64,000 nt of DNA from an uncultured Planctomycetota bacterium (GCA_963845755.1 CAWJTV010000039.1:224001-288000); one strand, 5' to 3'. Counted from the first letter of the stretch, positions 23,590-34,725 are shown. Translations and numbers: made by a program. The notes: generated by a model from the letters alone, not told the origin.

Positions 23590-24563
23590 ATGAAAAACGT
23601 GGGTTGGCTCTTCCTGGCGATCCTCATCGCGTATGGCTGCGCCGTGGTCGCGCCGCTTCTGCGATACCGGCTTCGGGGTCGAGTCGGCGTTTTCGTCGGC
23701 TGGTGCCTTGTGCCGATCATCCTGCTTTGCCCATTGCTCATCCCGTCCGCGAATATCGGGCTGCGGACCGTATCGGCCTTTACAACGGGCGACATCACCT
23801 TCAAGATGGTCGAGTCCTTTCGCCACTGGGGCCATGGGGAGCGGAGCATCGTCCTTCGCGATTACTACCGCTTCCTGATCCCGTTCCCGGTACTCGGCAT
23901 CGTCTATCCCGATCATAAGCGGCGGTTGCTGCATCCGGCGAGCCCGTGGCCGCAGCTTCTGCGTCTCTTGGGTGGGATCGTCGGTTTCACCATCGCCTTT
24001 CTGGCGGTGAGGGCTCTATCCCGTATCGCCCTGTTCCGATCGAGCTTCGCGCTGAACCATGCGGTGATTCTGCCGATCTTCGTGCTCGCCATCGAATCGC
24101 TCTCGCGAGCACTCTGGGGGCTCGAACGGCTGGCAGGATTCGACACGACTCCGATTATCCGAAACGCCTACCTGTCGCGGACGATCTCCGAGTTCTGGCG
24201 ACGGTACAACTACCGGACCCATGACTGGCTCTACCGCAACGTGTTCCAGGCGACCGGAGGCCGACGCGCCCCGGTTCGCTCCCTTTTGCTGGTGTTCCTG
24301 GTCAGCGGTTTATTCCACGAGGTGACGTTCGCGCTGGCGACCTCGCGACTGACGGGATATCAGTTTGCGTTCTTCACGATCCAGGGTCCGGCGGCGCTCG
24401 TCTCGGGCGCCTCGAGCGGCTGGCCAGGCGAGGCGGGATTGTGGGCAAGATCACGGCCCACGGAGCGACGATCCTCTTCATGGCCGTCACGTCCGTCCTC
24501 TTCTTCGACGGGGTCAGCAAGATCTTCCCCTTCGTCTATGTCAGCCCGTCGCCGCTGCCGTAG
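23590..24563 (+). CDS. MBOAT-family membrane O-acyltransferase (frameshift near 24407)
   Basis: Multiple TM segments, SRTISEFWRRYN, VFLVSGLFHE. The alternate-frame C-terminus ends at TAG 24561-24563. Confidence 0.75.
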
Positions 24564-24631
24564 GATGCGTTCCCAATAAGCTCAGAATCGCGGCATGAAC
24601 TCGTTCCCACGGTCCCGCGTGAAGCGCAGGG

Positions 24632-24706
24632 TCAAGCGGCGCCGCCATCGACGAGATCCACATCGCCACCGAACGTCAGGATGTAGCCGTTCGGGTCTCG
24701 CACCTC
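24632..24706 (-). pseudogene. VOC/glyoxalase-family C-terminal remnant
   Basis: Minus strand reads EVRDPNGYILTFGGDVD...*, with no upstream body. Confidence 0.5.
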
Positions 24707-24810
24707 CCACCGGATTCGGATCGCCCGCGCCTGGTTTTTCGGAGGATCGGTCATAGGATTGGCTCACTTTCGCCGCGCCGCCAGGCGCGTCATGAGACGT
24801 CAGCACGTCC

Positions 24811-25341
24811 TCAGCGCCGGGCCTCCGCGGCGCGCTTGGTCCACTGCCACAAACCGCCCGTCACACTCACGGGGAGCCGATGGCCGAGCTGTCGCGCCAC
24901 GAGGACGATCTGGCCCCGATGATGACCCTCATGAGCGACGAAATAGGCCAGCACATGCCCCACATCCAGCGGCAGGTTGCGCCAGGCATAGGCCGCGGTC
25001 GGCGGAATCTGTCCGTCTCGCTCGAGCCCCAGGGCCAGCAGGCTGGCGATCCCGCGGCCGCTGCGTTTCAGGGCGCGGGTCAATTGCGAGCGGGTCACCC
25101 GATGCCGATCAACCGCGGGGGGCACCGCGATCCCGTGTGGCTGTCCGAGCGTCTTGATCCACATGCAGCGCGCATTGTGGATATGGCCAGCAATCATCCG
25201 GATCGTGCGCCGCGGAGAACCCGGGACAGCCGCGTCCCACACTGCCACGGGGAGCTGCTCGACCAGGAAGGTCGTGACGCGGTTGTTCGTGGACCAGGCC
25301 TCCAGGAGGCTGTCACCCAGTGGTGAGGACCTGGACTTCAC
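24811..25341 (-). CDS. DinB-family protein
   Basis: TIRMIAGHIHNARCMW and LAYFVAHEGHHRGQI His motifs. Confidence 0.85.
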   Translation of the reverse strand: MKSRSSPLGDSLLEAWSTNNRVTTFLVEQLPVAVWDAAVPGSPRRTIRMIAGHIHNARCMWIKTLGQPHGIAVPPAVDRHRVTRSQLTRALKRSGRGIASLLALGLERDGQIPPTAAYAWRNLPLDVGHVLAYFVAHEGHHRGQIVLVARQLGHRLPVSVTGGLWQWTKRAAEARR

Positions 25342-26085
25342 GGCTCCCCTCCGAATGTGCTGACGCTTAAAGTGTTCCTGGACGGATCCGGGTATCTCTC
25401 ACCCGCAGGCCGCACTGTGCAGCCTATCGCGCTGGAACCAGATCGCCGCAAGTCAAAGAGAATTCTATCACGCGGTTGTTCCATGGTGATGGTCCCTTCA
25501 GCGTGATCGGCGGTTTCCGTCAAGCCGCGGGCCCCGAGTTTCACCCGAGGCTGGGATCTCGCGGCCCTTCAAGCCGGCGCCGATCGGCCCTCATCTCGTG
25601 TGCGCGACCCACCTGTCAGGCCCTCTCGATTGTCTCGTGTCCGGCCCGTCAGCTTCGCACGCCATTTCGTCGGGCGGCCCGGGCACCGGCGTGTCGGTTC
25701 CATGTCTTCGGCGAGCATCGCCCGGGCCGAAGATTCGAACCCATGGTGTCGGATGCCTCACCAAGTCGCAGCGTCCTCATCTCCCTCGACTAATGACATT
25801 GCCAAGTGAGCGACAAAAGGCCCTTGTGTTCCGGGCATTGAAACAGCCATCCGCAACCCCAGTCCACAGGACGGTCGAAGAATTTCTGTCCGAAGCTGTA
25901 GTTCAGGTGAGCGTGTGACCCGAATTGAAAGAAATATCGTATGTCTTAGCCACAACTCTTACAAAGCATGGACTAGGGATCCTGGATCCAGGCGGGCCAT
26001 CCGGCGAGTTTGTCTCGCGTCAACACTTCTCGCCGAACACCACCCGATTCCTGCACCCATGAGTCGGATTCCCTGCGGCTACCCT

Positions 26086-26348
26086 TACCCCGAAGGCGTT
26101 AAACAGCAAAGCCCAGGGTCGCCGCAGGCGCACCCGGGGTCGCGAACACCCCGAATCTCGGAACCGCATCGAGGTTCCACAATGACGGACCGGTGGCATC
26201 CCATGCCGAGCGGACAGCGGGGTCGGGCTGGGGCGACCCCGTTGGGGTGTCGCCGGAGGATCGGGGAACGGGGGCGAGGTGGCGACGAGTCACTCCCAGG
26301 GTGCGCCTGCGGCGACTCTGGGCTCTGTTCTGCAACGCCTTCGGCGTA
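26086..26348. repeat. Large REP/MITE-like element with ~54-bp imperfect terminal inverted repeats
   Basis: taccccgaaggcgtt...gggtcgccgcaggcgcaccc at 26086-26139 matches the reverse complement of 26295-26348. Confidence 0.75.
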
Positions 26349-26603
26349 GAGAAGTTCGGCCGACCGAGGTGGTGATAAGCGAGGAATGTCCTAAACGCTG
26401 TCGCTCGAATCGGCTCGCCGTTGAGATTCCGACCCTGGTCGTCGGCCAAGAGACCTTGCCACAGCGCCGACGTATGCAACACAATTGTCAGGCGCCCTGG
26501 TTGGAACCAGGTCGTTCCCCTTGCAGGATCTCTGGACATCGTCCCGGGATGGAGGGGATGACCGACCGGTCGTGGTGAGCCGATCAGGCCAGGAGATCCA
26601 TCG

Positions 26604-28127
26604 TTGTCGATGCTGTTGCGGTTGACGGGGATCAGCAAGGCCTTTGCCGGCGTGCAGGCGCTCAAGGGGGTATCGTTCGACCTGTGCGCGGGGGAAGTGC
26701 ACGCGTTGGTGGGCGAGAACGGGGCGGGGAAGTCAACCCTGATCAAGGTGATCACCGGCGCGCATCGCCAGGACGAGGGGACGCTCGAGGTCCAGGGGAA
26801 CCGGATCGAGGACAACGACCCGGTGCGTGCGCGGGAATTGGGGATCGCGGCGATCTACCAGCAGCCGGCGCTGTTCCCGGACCTGACGGTGGCGGAGAAC
26901 GTCGCGATCGGCCTGGAGCCGGGCGGCGCGTGGCGGCGGGTCCGGTGGAAGGCGCGTCGCGATCGGGCGCGGCGGCTGCTGGAACGGATCGGCGCGTCGA
27001 TCGACGTCGAGGCCGAGGTCCGCGGGTTATCGATGCCCGAGCAGCAGCTCGTCGAGATCGCGCGCGCCCTGGGCGCCGAGGCGCGGATCCTCATCATGGA
27101 CGAGCCGACCGCCTCGCTCAGCGACCAGGAGGTCGAGCGGCTGTTCCGCGTCATCGGCGATCTGAAGAGGCAAGGGGTGGGGATCATCTACATCTCGCAC
27201 CGGCTGGAAGAGCTGCCGCAGATCGCCGAGCGGGTGACCGCCCTGCGTGACGGGACCCTGATCGGCACGCGACGCATGGCCGAGGTCTCGCGCGCCGAGC
27301 TGATCCGGATGATGGTCGGGCGCGAGTTGTCGGCGGTCTTCCCCAAGTCGGCGGTCGCGTTCGGTGACGTCGTGCTGGAGGCGCGCGGGGTGGGGAATCG
27401 GGCGTCGGGCGTCCGGGATGTGGACCTGAGCGTCCGGGCCGGCGAGGTGCTGGGCGTGGCTGGGCTGGTCGGCGCCGGCCGGACCGAGCTGGCGCGGATC
27501 CTCTTCGGCCTGACCCCCGCCGACGCGGGCGAAGTCCGGCTCCGTGGCCGCGCGGTGGCCGTCGAATCCCCGGCCCAGGCGGTCGCGATGGGGATCGCGT
27601 ATGTCCCCGAGGATCGGCGGCGGCATGGGGTGATCCTCGAGATGACGACGGCGGCCAACGCGACGCTGGCGACCCTCCGCGCCCATTCCCGGCTCGGGCT
27701 CCTCGACCCCGGCAAGGAGCGGGCGACAGCCGGGCAGTTCGTCCGCCGGCTGGGAATCAAGACCCCGTCGCTCGAGACGCCGGTCGGCAACCTCTCCGGC
27801 GGCAACCAGCAGAAGGTGGCCCTGGCGCGCTGGCTGGCGTCTCGGCCCGCCGTGCTCATCCTCGACGAACCGACCCAGGGCGTGGACGTCGGGGCCAAGG
27901 CCGAGATCCACCGGTTGATGAACGAGCTGGCCCACGACGGCCTGGCCATCCTGATGATCTCCTCCGAGCTGCCCGAGATCCTCGGCATGAGCGACCGGAT
28001 CGCCGTCATGCACGGCGGGACCATCGTCGGACAACTGGATCGCGCCGGCGCGACCCAGGAGGCGATCCTGGAGCTGGCATTGGGCCACCAGTTGCCGCAA
28101 TTCAAGTCGGAGATCGCGAAGACGTGA
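26604..28127 (+). CDS. Sugar (probably L-rhamnose) ABC transporter ATP-binding protein, two NBDs
   Basis: GENGAGKST, ILIMDEPT, YISHRLEE, LSGGNQQKV, LDEPTQGVDVGAK, ISSELPE. Confidence 0.93.
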   Translation: MSMLLRLTGISKAFAGVQALKGVSFDLCAGEVHALVGENGAGKSTLIKVITGAHRQDEGTLEVQGNRIEDNDPVRARELGIAAIYQQPALFPDLTVAENVAIGLEPGGAWRRVRWKARRDRARRLLERIGASIDVEAEVRGLSMPEQQLVEIARALGAEARILIMDEPTASLSDQEVERLFRVIGDLKRQGVGIIYISHRLEELPQIAERVTALRDGTLIGTRRMAEVSRAELIRMMVGRELSAVFPKSAVAFGDVVLEARGVGNRASGVRDVDLSVRAGEVLGVAGLVGAGRTELARILFGLTPADAGEVRLRGRAVAVESPAQAVAMGIAYVPEDRRRHGVILEMTTAANATLATLRAHSRLGLLDPGKERATAGQFVRRLGIKTPSLETPVGNLSGGNQQKVALARWLASRPAVLILDEPTQGVDVGAKAEIHRLMNELAHDGLAILMISSELPEILGMSDRIAVMHGGTIVGQLDRAGATQEAILELALGHQLPQFKSEIAKT

Positions 28128-28184
28128 TCTGCGGAATTGGACGAGGAGGGATTTGTCTGGACCGCTTTGGCCCTTCGACGGCGC

Positions 28185-28511
28185 TCAGAATGGCATATCG
28201 AAGGAATAGTGGATGGCTTCCCACACCTCGTTCATCCGATCCGATGAGAGGGATGTGAGGTAATGGACCAGCAAGTCTTGATCGATCGTTGCGATGTTGT
28301 CGAGCGTGACGGCACTGCGGGTTGGTACGCCATCGTCCGGCTCGAGGACGACCTCCGAGTCGAGCCCCCGGATCGTCCGCGTTAGCGGCGCGACTGTCGC
28401 ATAGTGGAGCTTGGGCACGGCATCGTCGCGGGTCAGAATCAAGACAGGACGCCATCCCAGCGGATCGGGGAGATTGGCCCACCACACCTGTCCTTGAGCT
28501 TTATCGACCAT
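28185..28511 (-). CDS. mazF: PemK/MazF-family toxin
   Basis: QGQVWWANLPDPLGWRPVLILTRD, VAPLTRTIRG, SAVTLDNIATID. Confidence 0.85.
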   Translation of the reverse strand: MVDKAQGQVWWANLPDPLGWRPVLILTRDDAVPKLHYATVAPLTRTIRGLDSEVVLEPDDGVPTRSAVTLDNIATIDQDLLVHYLTSLSSDRMNEVWEAIHYSFDMPF

Positions 28512-28719
28512 CGGGAGGATTCCATTCCGCAAAGTCTTCCGTGGACCATACCTGGGGGAGGAGGCTCCGCGTGGTCTCGACCCAGGACGACGGCTCGCTT
28601 TCCAGTGCGTTGAGGTAGGAGAGCATCGCTTCCTCGACGACTTCCGAGAGGGGCTGCGAGCGCTTTTGAGCGATCGCCTGGAGGCGACGCTCCAATTCCG
28701 GCTTGAGTTCTACGTTCAT
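28501..28719 (-). CDS. Ribbon-helix-helix antitoxin
   Basis: 72 aa, MNVELKPELERRLQAIAQKRSQPLSEVVEEAM. Overlaps the toxin start by 11 bp. Confidence 0.75.
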   Translation of the reverse strand: MNVELKPELERRLQAIAQKRSQPLSEVVEEAMLSYLNALESEPSSWVETTRSLLPQVWSTEDFAEWNPPDGR

Positions 28720-28920
28720 GATCGTCTCCCCGCCGCTTTTCTGACAGGGCAAGCCCTCCGCTGCCACCCGCTCGACACAGCCGCGGTCTTCCAGCGTCGA
28801 TGTCTTGAATGTCCGTTCATTCACCAGGGTGAGACTATGCAAATCCGGTCCCGCCTGTCAATCGGCCCTGCGGTCCACGGGGTGATCCGATCGGCGGCAA
28901 TGGGCTTTGCTCGGTGGCCA

Positions 28921-29105
28921 TGATCCACCGGCCGATGAGCGATCTGGCCCGCGACGGGTTGGCCATCGTGATGATCTCGTGCGAGCTGCGCGAGACCCTC
29001 GGCATGAGCGACCGGATCGCCGTCATGCATGGCAGGACCATCATCGGAGAGCTGGATTGCACCGGCGCGACTCAGGAGGCGATCCTGGAGCTGGCCCCTG
29101 GGCCG
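28921..29105 (+). pseudogene. Degenerate duplicate of the 3' end of the ABC ATPase gene
   Basis: IHRPMSDLARDGLAIVMISCELRETLGMSDRIAVMHG...ATQEAILELA aligns with 27905-28087. Confidence 0.9.
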
Positions 29106-29619
29106 CCGGTCGCCGCCGCCGCGCTGACAGCCCGACTCTGATATCGATCGGGAATTCAGCGCCAATTTCGATCGTCAGGCGAGCGCCACCAACAGCGTCT
29201 CCTTCCTTGGTCTCTCCCCATCGAAGGCGTGCGAAACGGTCTCCTTCTTTGTTTCGTTCCACCGAGGAGCGACGCATTCTGGAAAACTGTTCCTCGTTTC
29301 GATCAGGCGAGGAACCTCACTCAGGGTGTACCACCTCCGTCCTTGCTGTCTGACCTGAGCCAGCTTGGGGGTGCTCCCTGTCGGTTTCCTGCGCGCCCTG
29401 GCTGTGGCATGCGTCGGTGTCGTCGGACCGGAGTGCGCAAGCGATGATTCCACTGCTCCCAATCCGCACATTGGGGCGAGATCGTCAACGAACCCTGGGG
29501 TTCGGGGGTGAAGGACCTGGCTTCAAGAGGACTGAGAGTCTGTCCCAGAAGGGCGAGCGGGGGGCGTCAGCCCCCTGTCCGGTGAGCGACGGACCTCCAA
29601 GACAGGGGGCAGACGCCCC

Positions 29620-30999
29620 TGTCACCCGACAGTAGGTTTTGCCGCGAATCCCGACAAAAAGGTTTTGCCGCCTCGTGGCGGGGGGTAGTCTGTGATGGTC
29701 CGATCCTGCCAACTCCTGCGAGGGTCACTATGCCCGCTCCACTCCCGCCGACAACCCGGCGCCTCATCTTGCTACGATCCCGTCGCGGCCAGACCGCGGC
29801 GGCCATCGCGGACGCCCTGCATCTCTGCCCCCGCACGGTCCGGCACCTGCTCCAGCGGGCTCGCGACCCGGCGAGCCCTCAGGGGACCGCTTATCGGCCC
29901 GGTCCGGGGCGGCCCGCCGACGACCACCCGCTCCGAGCCCAGGCCCTGGCCCTGCGACAGCAGCATCCGACCTGGGGAGCGGGCTACATCCGCGTCCGCC
30001 TGGCCACCGAGGCCGACCCGGCGACGGTGCCTAGCGAGCGCACGTTGCAGCGCTGGTTCCGCCGCCAGCGGCACCCGCCTGCGGCGGGGGGACGGCGGTC
30101 GCCGTCGGCCGCCGACCGTGCCATCGCCCCGCATGACATCTGGCAGAGGGACGCCGCGGAGCAACTCCGCACGGCCGACGGCCAGGGCGCCTGCTGGCTG
30201 CGGCTGGTGGATGAATATACGGGGGCCTTCCTGGGCACCACGGTTTTCCCCCCACTACTACTGGGCCCACGTCCCCGAGGCCGAGGTGCAGCGGCACTTG
30301 CGCCGCGCCTTCGAGCGGTGGGGGCTGCCGTGCCGCATGCGGGTCGATAACGGCAAGCCGTGGGGGTCCTGGAGCGACCTGCCCCCGCGCTGGCGTTGTG
30401 GCTGATCGGCCTGGGGGTCGGCGTGATCTGGAACGACCCGCGGCGGCCGCAACAGAACGGCGTGGTGGAGCGGTCGCAGGGGACGGCCAAGCGGTGGGCG
30501 GAGCCGCACGCCTGCGGCAACCCGGCGGAGCTGCAGGCCCGCCTGGACGCCGACGACCGGCTGCAGCGGGAGCGGTATCCCGTCGCCGGGGGACACAGCC
30601 GTTGGGAGCTGTTCCCGGGTCTGGTGCACAGCGGCCGCGCCTACCGCGAGGCGGACGAGGCCGGCGCGTGGTGCCTGGGGCGGGTGCGCGACCACCTGGC
30701 GGAGTGGGCCGTGCCGCGCCGGGTGGACAGCCAGGGAAAGGTGTCGATCTATAACAGGAATATCTATGTAGGAGTGTTGTATGCGGGCCGGGACGTCTGG
30801 GTCCAGTTCGACCCGGGGCACGGCGAGTGGCTGATCAACGACGGCGGGGGCCAGCAGCTGCGGGCCCGGCCGGCCCCCGAGATCGACGCGGAGTCGATCC
30901 GCGGGTTGCGATTGTCGGGACGGAAGTAGGGACCGCCGGGTGTCCATGCGGCAAAACCTTTATGTCGGGATTCGCGGCAAAACCTACTGTCGGGTGACA
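29620..30999 (+). mobile_element. IS481-like insertion sequence, 1380 bp
   Basis: 52-bp TIRs, TGT...ACA, with one mismatch and an internal repeat (cccgac..aggttttgccgc twice). 5-bp TSD gcccc at 29615-29619 and 31000-31004. Confidence 0.88.
29730..30929 (+). CDS. DDE transposase (HTH plus integrase core), split over three frames
   Basis: HTH, HPTWGA, WQRD, RVDNG, QQNGVVERS, RRVDSQGKVS. Frame changes at T4C6 (30244-30253) and about 30386. Confidence 0.85.
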
Positions 31000-31356
31000 G
31001 CCCCCCGCTCGCCCGGACCGGCCCCTTCGGGGACAGACTCTCAGTGGTTTGGGACGGCCGAGCCGAGGCAATCACACGGTCCGCGCGGCGGCGATGCACA
31101 GCCTCGACGCGGCCCGGACGAAAAAATATTCGCGGGAGATGTCGGGCTCGAGGCCGCGCGACTCGGTTTAAAGGGTGAAGGCAATCAGCCAGGGTTACTC
31201 GCCCTTGAGCAACCCACCTCCGCGCAGGCGCACCAGTGCTTGATGATGAAATGACGACCAGCCTTCAAGGCGGAAATTGACTTCACATCGCATCACGGTA
31301 GAACACGTGTCATGGTAGCGGGCAGGCCCTCAACCGCTCAAACCGGAGGACTCTAC

Positions 31357-31644
31357 GTGATAACGGACAACGTCAATCGTCAGAGGCAGCACGGGCTGGC
31401 CTTACGCGTTCGCGAGATTCGCAAAGATCAGTACGGGGAATACGGCGCCCAGCTCCTGGCCGATGCCCTGGAGGTCCGGGTTGAGACCTGGCTCAATTAC
31501 GAGTCGGGGGTCACAATGCCGGCTCACGTCGTCTTGAAACTGATTGACATCGCGCGGGTCAATCCCCATTGGCTGCTCACCGGCCAGGGAGACCCGCATG
31601 ATGATCGAACGTGCGAGTGCCAGACGGGTCGCCCTCTGCTTTGA
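31357..31644 (+). CDS. XRE-like HTH protein
   Basis: LALRVREIR, LADAL, TWLNYESG, VNPHWLLTG. GGAGGA upstream of the GTG. Confidence 0.7.
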   Translation: MITDNVNRQRQHGLALRVREIRKDQYGEYGAQLLADALEVRVETWLNYESGVTMPAHVVLKLIDIARVNPHWLLTGQGDPHDDRTCECQTGRPLL

Positions 31645-31752
31645 GCAACGCCGAGCTCGGATGGATCGCCGTTCCGCACCACGGCGGCCGGTCCGAGCGG
31701 GAAATGCGGAGTGCTGCCCCGGGCAGCCGGGTTCAACGCGGCCCGGGGTCGG

Positions 31753-34725
31753 CTAGCATCGTTTGCGCTCGGCGCGAATGCGACAAAGCTCGTCGTCTTG
31801 CTTCTTCCGTCCGTCCATCCATTTCACGGACCGGTCGAAGAAGGTCCGCGCCTTGTCGCGGGCACCCAATCGCCAGTGAGCCATGGCCAGGAAGAACCAG
31901 TCGGAGGGGGTACCGTCCGCCTGCAGGCTCATCGCCCTCTCCAATTCGGCGACGGCTGCCCTGTCGTCGCCGCTGCGGTAGTAGGCCACACCGAGGGTAT
32001 TCCGGTAATCGGCGGACTCCGGCCGGGCAGTCACGACCTTCTGCGCCAGCCGCAGGGCCCGGGCCGCGTCACGCAAGGAGGGCTCGGGACTCGTCACGAG
32101 GAACCAGGCCAGCTCATTGTTAACGACGGGGTCGTCTCCTTCCAGTTCGAGAGCCCTGCGATAAGGCTCGGCCGCTTCGGTCTGCCGGCCGAGCCCGTAA
32201 AGCAGACGAGCCAGCTCCAGGTAGCTCAGGACCAGGTTGCGCCGGTGTTCCGTGTCCTCTGCAAATTTGGCCTCGAGCGTCTCGGAAACGTGGATCACAC
32301 GACGGCGGAGATCGAGGGCTTCTTGCCAGCGGCCGACGTGCTTGAGCAAATCCGCCAGATGGGGCAACGTCCGCGTCAGGTCGATCCGCGGGTGCACCGA
32401 CTCGGGCAATTCCTCCACCAAGCGATCCAGCAGATCCACGGCTTTCCGGTAGGATTGCTCTGCCTCGCGCGCCTGGCCCGCCGCGACGAGGACTCGTCCG
32501 AGATTGACGAAATTGCGCGCCGCGTAACGTTCGACCGAGCCCTTCAGATGGCCACCGGCGAGCACCCTTTCGTGAATCTGCACGGCCTCGCGGACAGCGG
32601 CCTCGGACTCGGAGACCCGCCCCACATCCAGGAAGAACATCCCCTGGTCCCCTAGCGCGAGGGCTAATTCCGCATTGAAACTCGGGTCGTCCGGCGCGAT
32701 GCGGACCCCGGCCCGGTCGAGCTCCACAATGCGGCAGTAAAGGGGATCGAGCTCGTCGGCCTGGGCCGCATTCGAGAGCAAAACGGCCGTGTTGAGCAGA
32801 GTATTGGCGAGCCCTAGGTGGTACTGGGGCACCTCGGGAGACCCGCGCAAGAGCGCTTCCTGGAGCTGGGCCGCCCGGTCGTAGGCCTCACGGGCTTCGC
32901 GTATCTTGCCAATGTCGCGCAGCGCGTTGCCCCGCCCTCGATGGCTGTTCGCCAGTTCCATCCGCAGCCGCTTGCTGGTCGGTTCTTCTTCCAGCAAGCT
33001 GGTCAGCAGGCTCGCCTGGTGATCCCAGGCTTCGGCCGCCTTGGCCGCCTGGCCGAGGGTGTGGTGAATCCAGGCGACCTGGCCGAAGAGCTGCGCGGCC
33101 TGTCGGCGCACGCTCGGGTCGCTGCCCTCCTCGGGAAACAGCTCCTGGTAGAATCCAAGGGATTCCACCAGTACGGCCTGCCCGGTGCGGTACATCCCCC
33201 GTTGCAGCAAAAGGTCGCTTCCCAGCACCTTCAGCCGGTCCACGTGATCGCGAACGATTTGCAGATGCCGCTCGGCGCGTGCCTTCTCCGATTGCGCCGT
33301 GTCGCGTTCCCGCCGGAAGGCGACGGCGTTTGTGCGGGCAATCTGCCACTGCCAGACAACTCCGGAGGTGCCGGCCAGGAAGACGAGCACCAGCGCGGCG
33401 AGCTGCACCGCGACGCCCGGGTTGCGGCGGCACCAGACGACGACCCGCTCGCCTGTCCCGACCGGCCGGGCCCGGACCGGCTCGCCGGCCCGGAACCGCC
33501 GGAGGTCGTCGGCCAGGTCCCGGGCGGTGGCATAACGGCGGACGGCTTCCTTCCGCAGGCACTTCAGGCAGATGGTTTCGAGGTCGCGCGGCACGGTCGG
33601 CTGGAGGTGTCGCGGCGGCACCGGCTCGTCCTGCCGCACCATGCCCAACGTCGCATCGACCGTCGCCGCCGCGAACGGCGGGCGACCGGTCAAGGCCTCG
33701 TAGAGGATGGCCCCCAGGCCGTAGACGTCCACCGCCGCCGTGACGGGCGCCGACGTGCCCGCCGCCTGCTCCGGGGCCATGTAGCTGGGCGTACCGACCA
33801 TGTCGCCGCTGCACGTCAGGTCGCTGCCGGTCATGAACTTGGCCAGGCCGAAGTCGGTGACCTTGGCACAGAGATCGGCGGACAGAGGAGGCGGCGAAGA
33901 GCATCGCGTGCCGGGCACTCCTGCGGCCTGCCCCTCCCCTTCGAGTCCTGCCCGTTGCAACAGCACGTTCGCCGGCTTCAGGTCGCGATGGATGACCCCT
34001 TGCTGGTGGGCGTAATGGATGGCGTCGGCCAGCGTTTCGACGAGCCGCGCGGCCTCGCCCGGGGGCTGGGGCGAGCTGCGCACCAGGTCCGCCAGGCTTC
34101 CCCCCGACACGTACTCCAGTACCAGGTAAGGCTGGGAAGTGGCCCCGCCCGCGGCGGGCACCTCGCCGAATTCGTGGAGCTGAACCAGGTGCGGGTGACG
34201 GAGCCGGGCGACGGCCCGGGCTTCCTGAAGAAAGCGCTCGCGCTGTCCCGAGTCGGCCAGGTGGGCGTCGCGCAGGAACTTGACCGCCACGTCGCGATCC
34301 AGCGCCACCTGCCGCGCCTTGAAGACCACCGCCATCCCCCCGGAACCCAGAAACTCCACCAGCTCCAGGCCATGGACGCCTGGCCAGTCGACCAGCCACC
34401 CCACGGGGACATCGCCGCGGCGACGCTGGGGGCGAGTGGCGGAGATCGCCATGGCCTCGGCCGCCGCTCCTAGTACGTTGGAGGGTTCGAGCCGAGCCGC
34501 GAGGCTGTAGCGCTCTCGGCAGGCTTGGTCCAGTGCGAGCAACTCCCCGGCGAGGACGGTTCGCTCGGGCCCTTCATAACTTTCGAGATAGCTCGAGACG
34601 CGTGGCGTCGCGGCGCCGGACCGCGCCGCCTTCCACGCCGTCTCGAAGCCATCGCAGACCGCATCGATCCGCGCCGCCGCTTCGAGGGAGAGCTGTTCGT
34701 ACCTGCCAGGCCGCTCGGAGTTCAT
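31753..34725 (-). CDS. Ser/Thr kinase with TPR repeats
   Basis: LGSGGMAVVF, HRDLKPAN, KVTDFGLA, GTPSYMAPE, a TM helix, and TPRs ending NNELAWFL...YRNTLGVAYYR. The extreme C-terminus is probably frameshifted near 31768. Confidence 0.92.
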   Translation of the reverse strand: MNSERPGRYEQLSLEAAARIDAVCDGFETAWKAARSGAATPRVSSYLESYEGPERTVLAGELLALDQACRERYSLAARLEPSNVLGAAAEAMAISATRPQRRRGDVPVGWLVDWPGVHGLELVEFLGSGGMAVVFKARQVALDRDVAVKFLRDAHLADSGQRERFLQEARAVARLRHPHLVQLHEFGEVPAAGGATSQPYLVLEYVSGGSLADLVRSSPQPPGEAARLVETLADAIHYAHQQGVIHRDLKPANVLLQRAGLEGEGQAAGVPGTRCSSPPPLSADLCAKVTDFGLAKFMTGSDLTCSGDMVGTPSYMAPEQAAGTSAPVTAAVDVYGLGAILYEALTGRPPFAAATVDATLGMVRQDEPVPPRHLQPTVPRDLETICLKCLRKEAVRRYATARDLADDLRRFRAGEPVRARPVGTGERVVVWCRRNPGVAVQLAALVLVFLAGTSGVVWQWQIARTNAVAFRRERDTAQSEKARAERHLQIVRDHVDRLKVLGSDLLLQRGMYRTGQAVLVESLGFYQELFPEEGSDPSVRRQAAQLFGQVAWIHHTLGQAAKAAEAWDHQASLLTSLLEEEPTSKRLRMELANSHRGRGNALRDIGKIREAREAYDRAAQLQEALLRGSPEVPQYHLGLANTLLNTAVLLSNAAQADELDPLYCRIVELDRAGVRIAPDDPSFNAELALALGDQGMFFLDVGRVSESEAAVREAVQIHERVLAGGHLKGSVERYAARNFVNLGRVLVAAGQAREAEQSYRKAVDLLDRLVEELPESVHPRIDLTRTLPHLADLLKHVGRWQEALDLRRRVIHVSETLEAKFAEDTEHRRNLVLSYLELARLLYGLGRQTEAAEPYRRALELEGDDPVVNNELAWFLVTSPEPSLRDAARALRLAQKVVTARPESADYRNTLGVAYYRSGDDRAAVAELERAMSLQADGTPSDWFFLAMAHWRLGARDKARTFFDRSVKWMDGRKKQDDELCRIRAERKRC

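Larger units (their letters stand above)
29535..31041. mobile_element. MITE/REP composite (copy 1) interrupted by the IS481-like element
   Basis: Halves at 29535-29619 and 31000-31041 rejoin to match the intact copy at 36717-36839. Confidence 0.85.
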
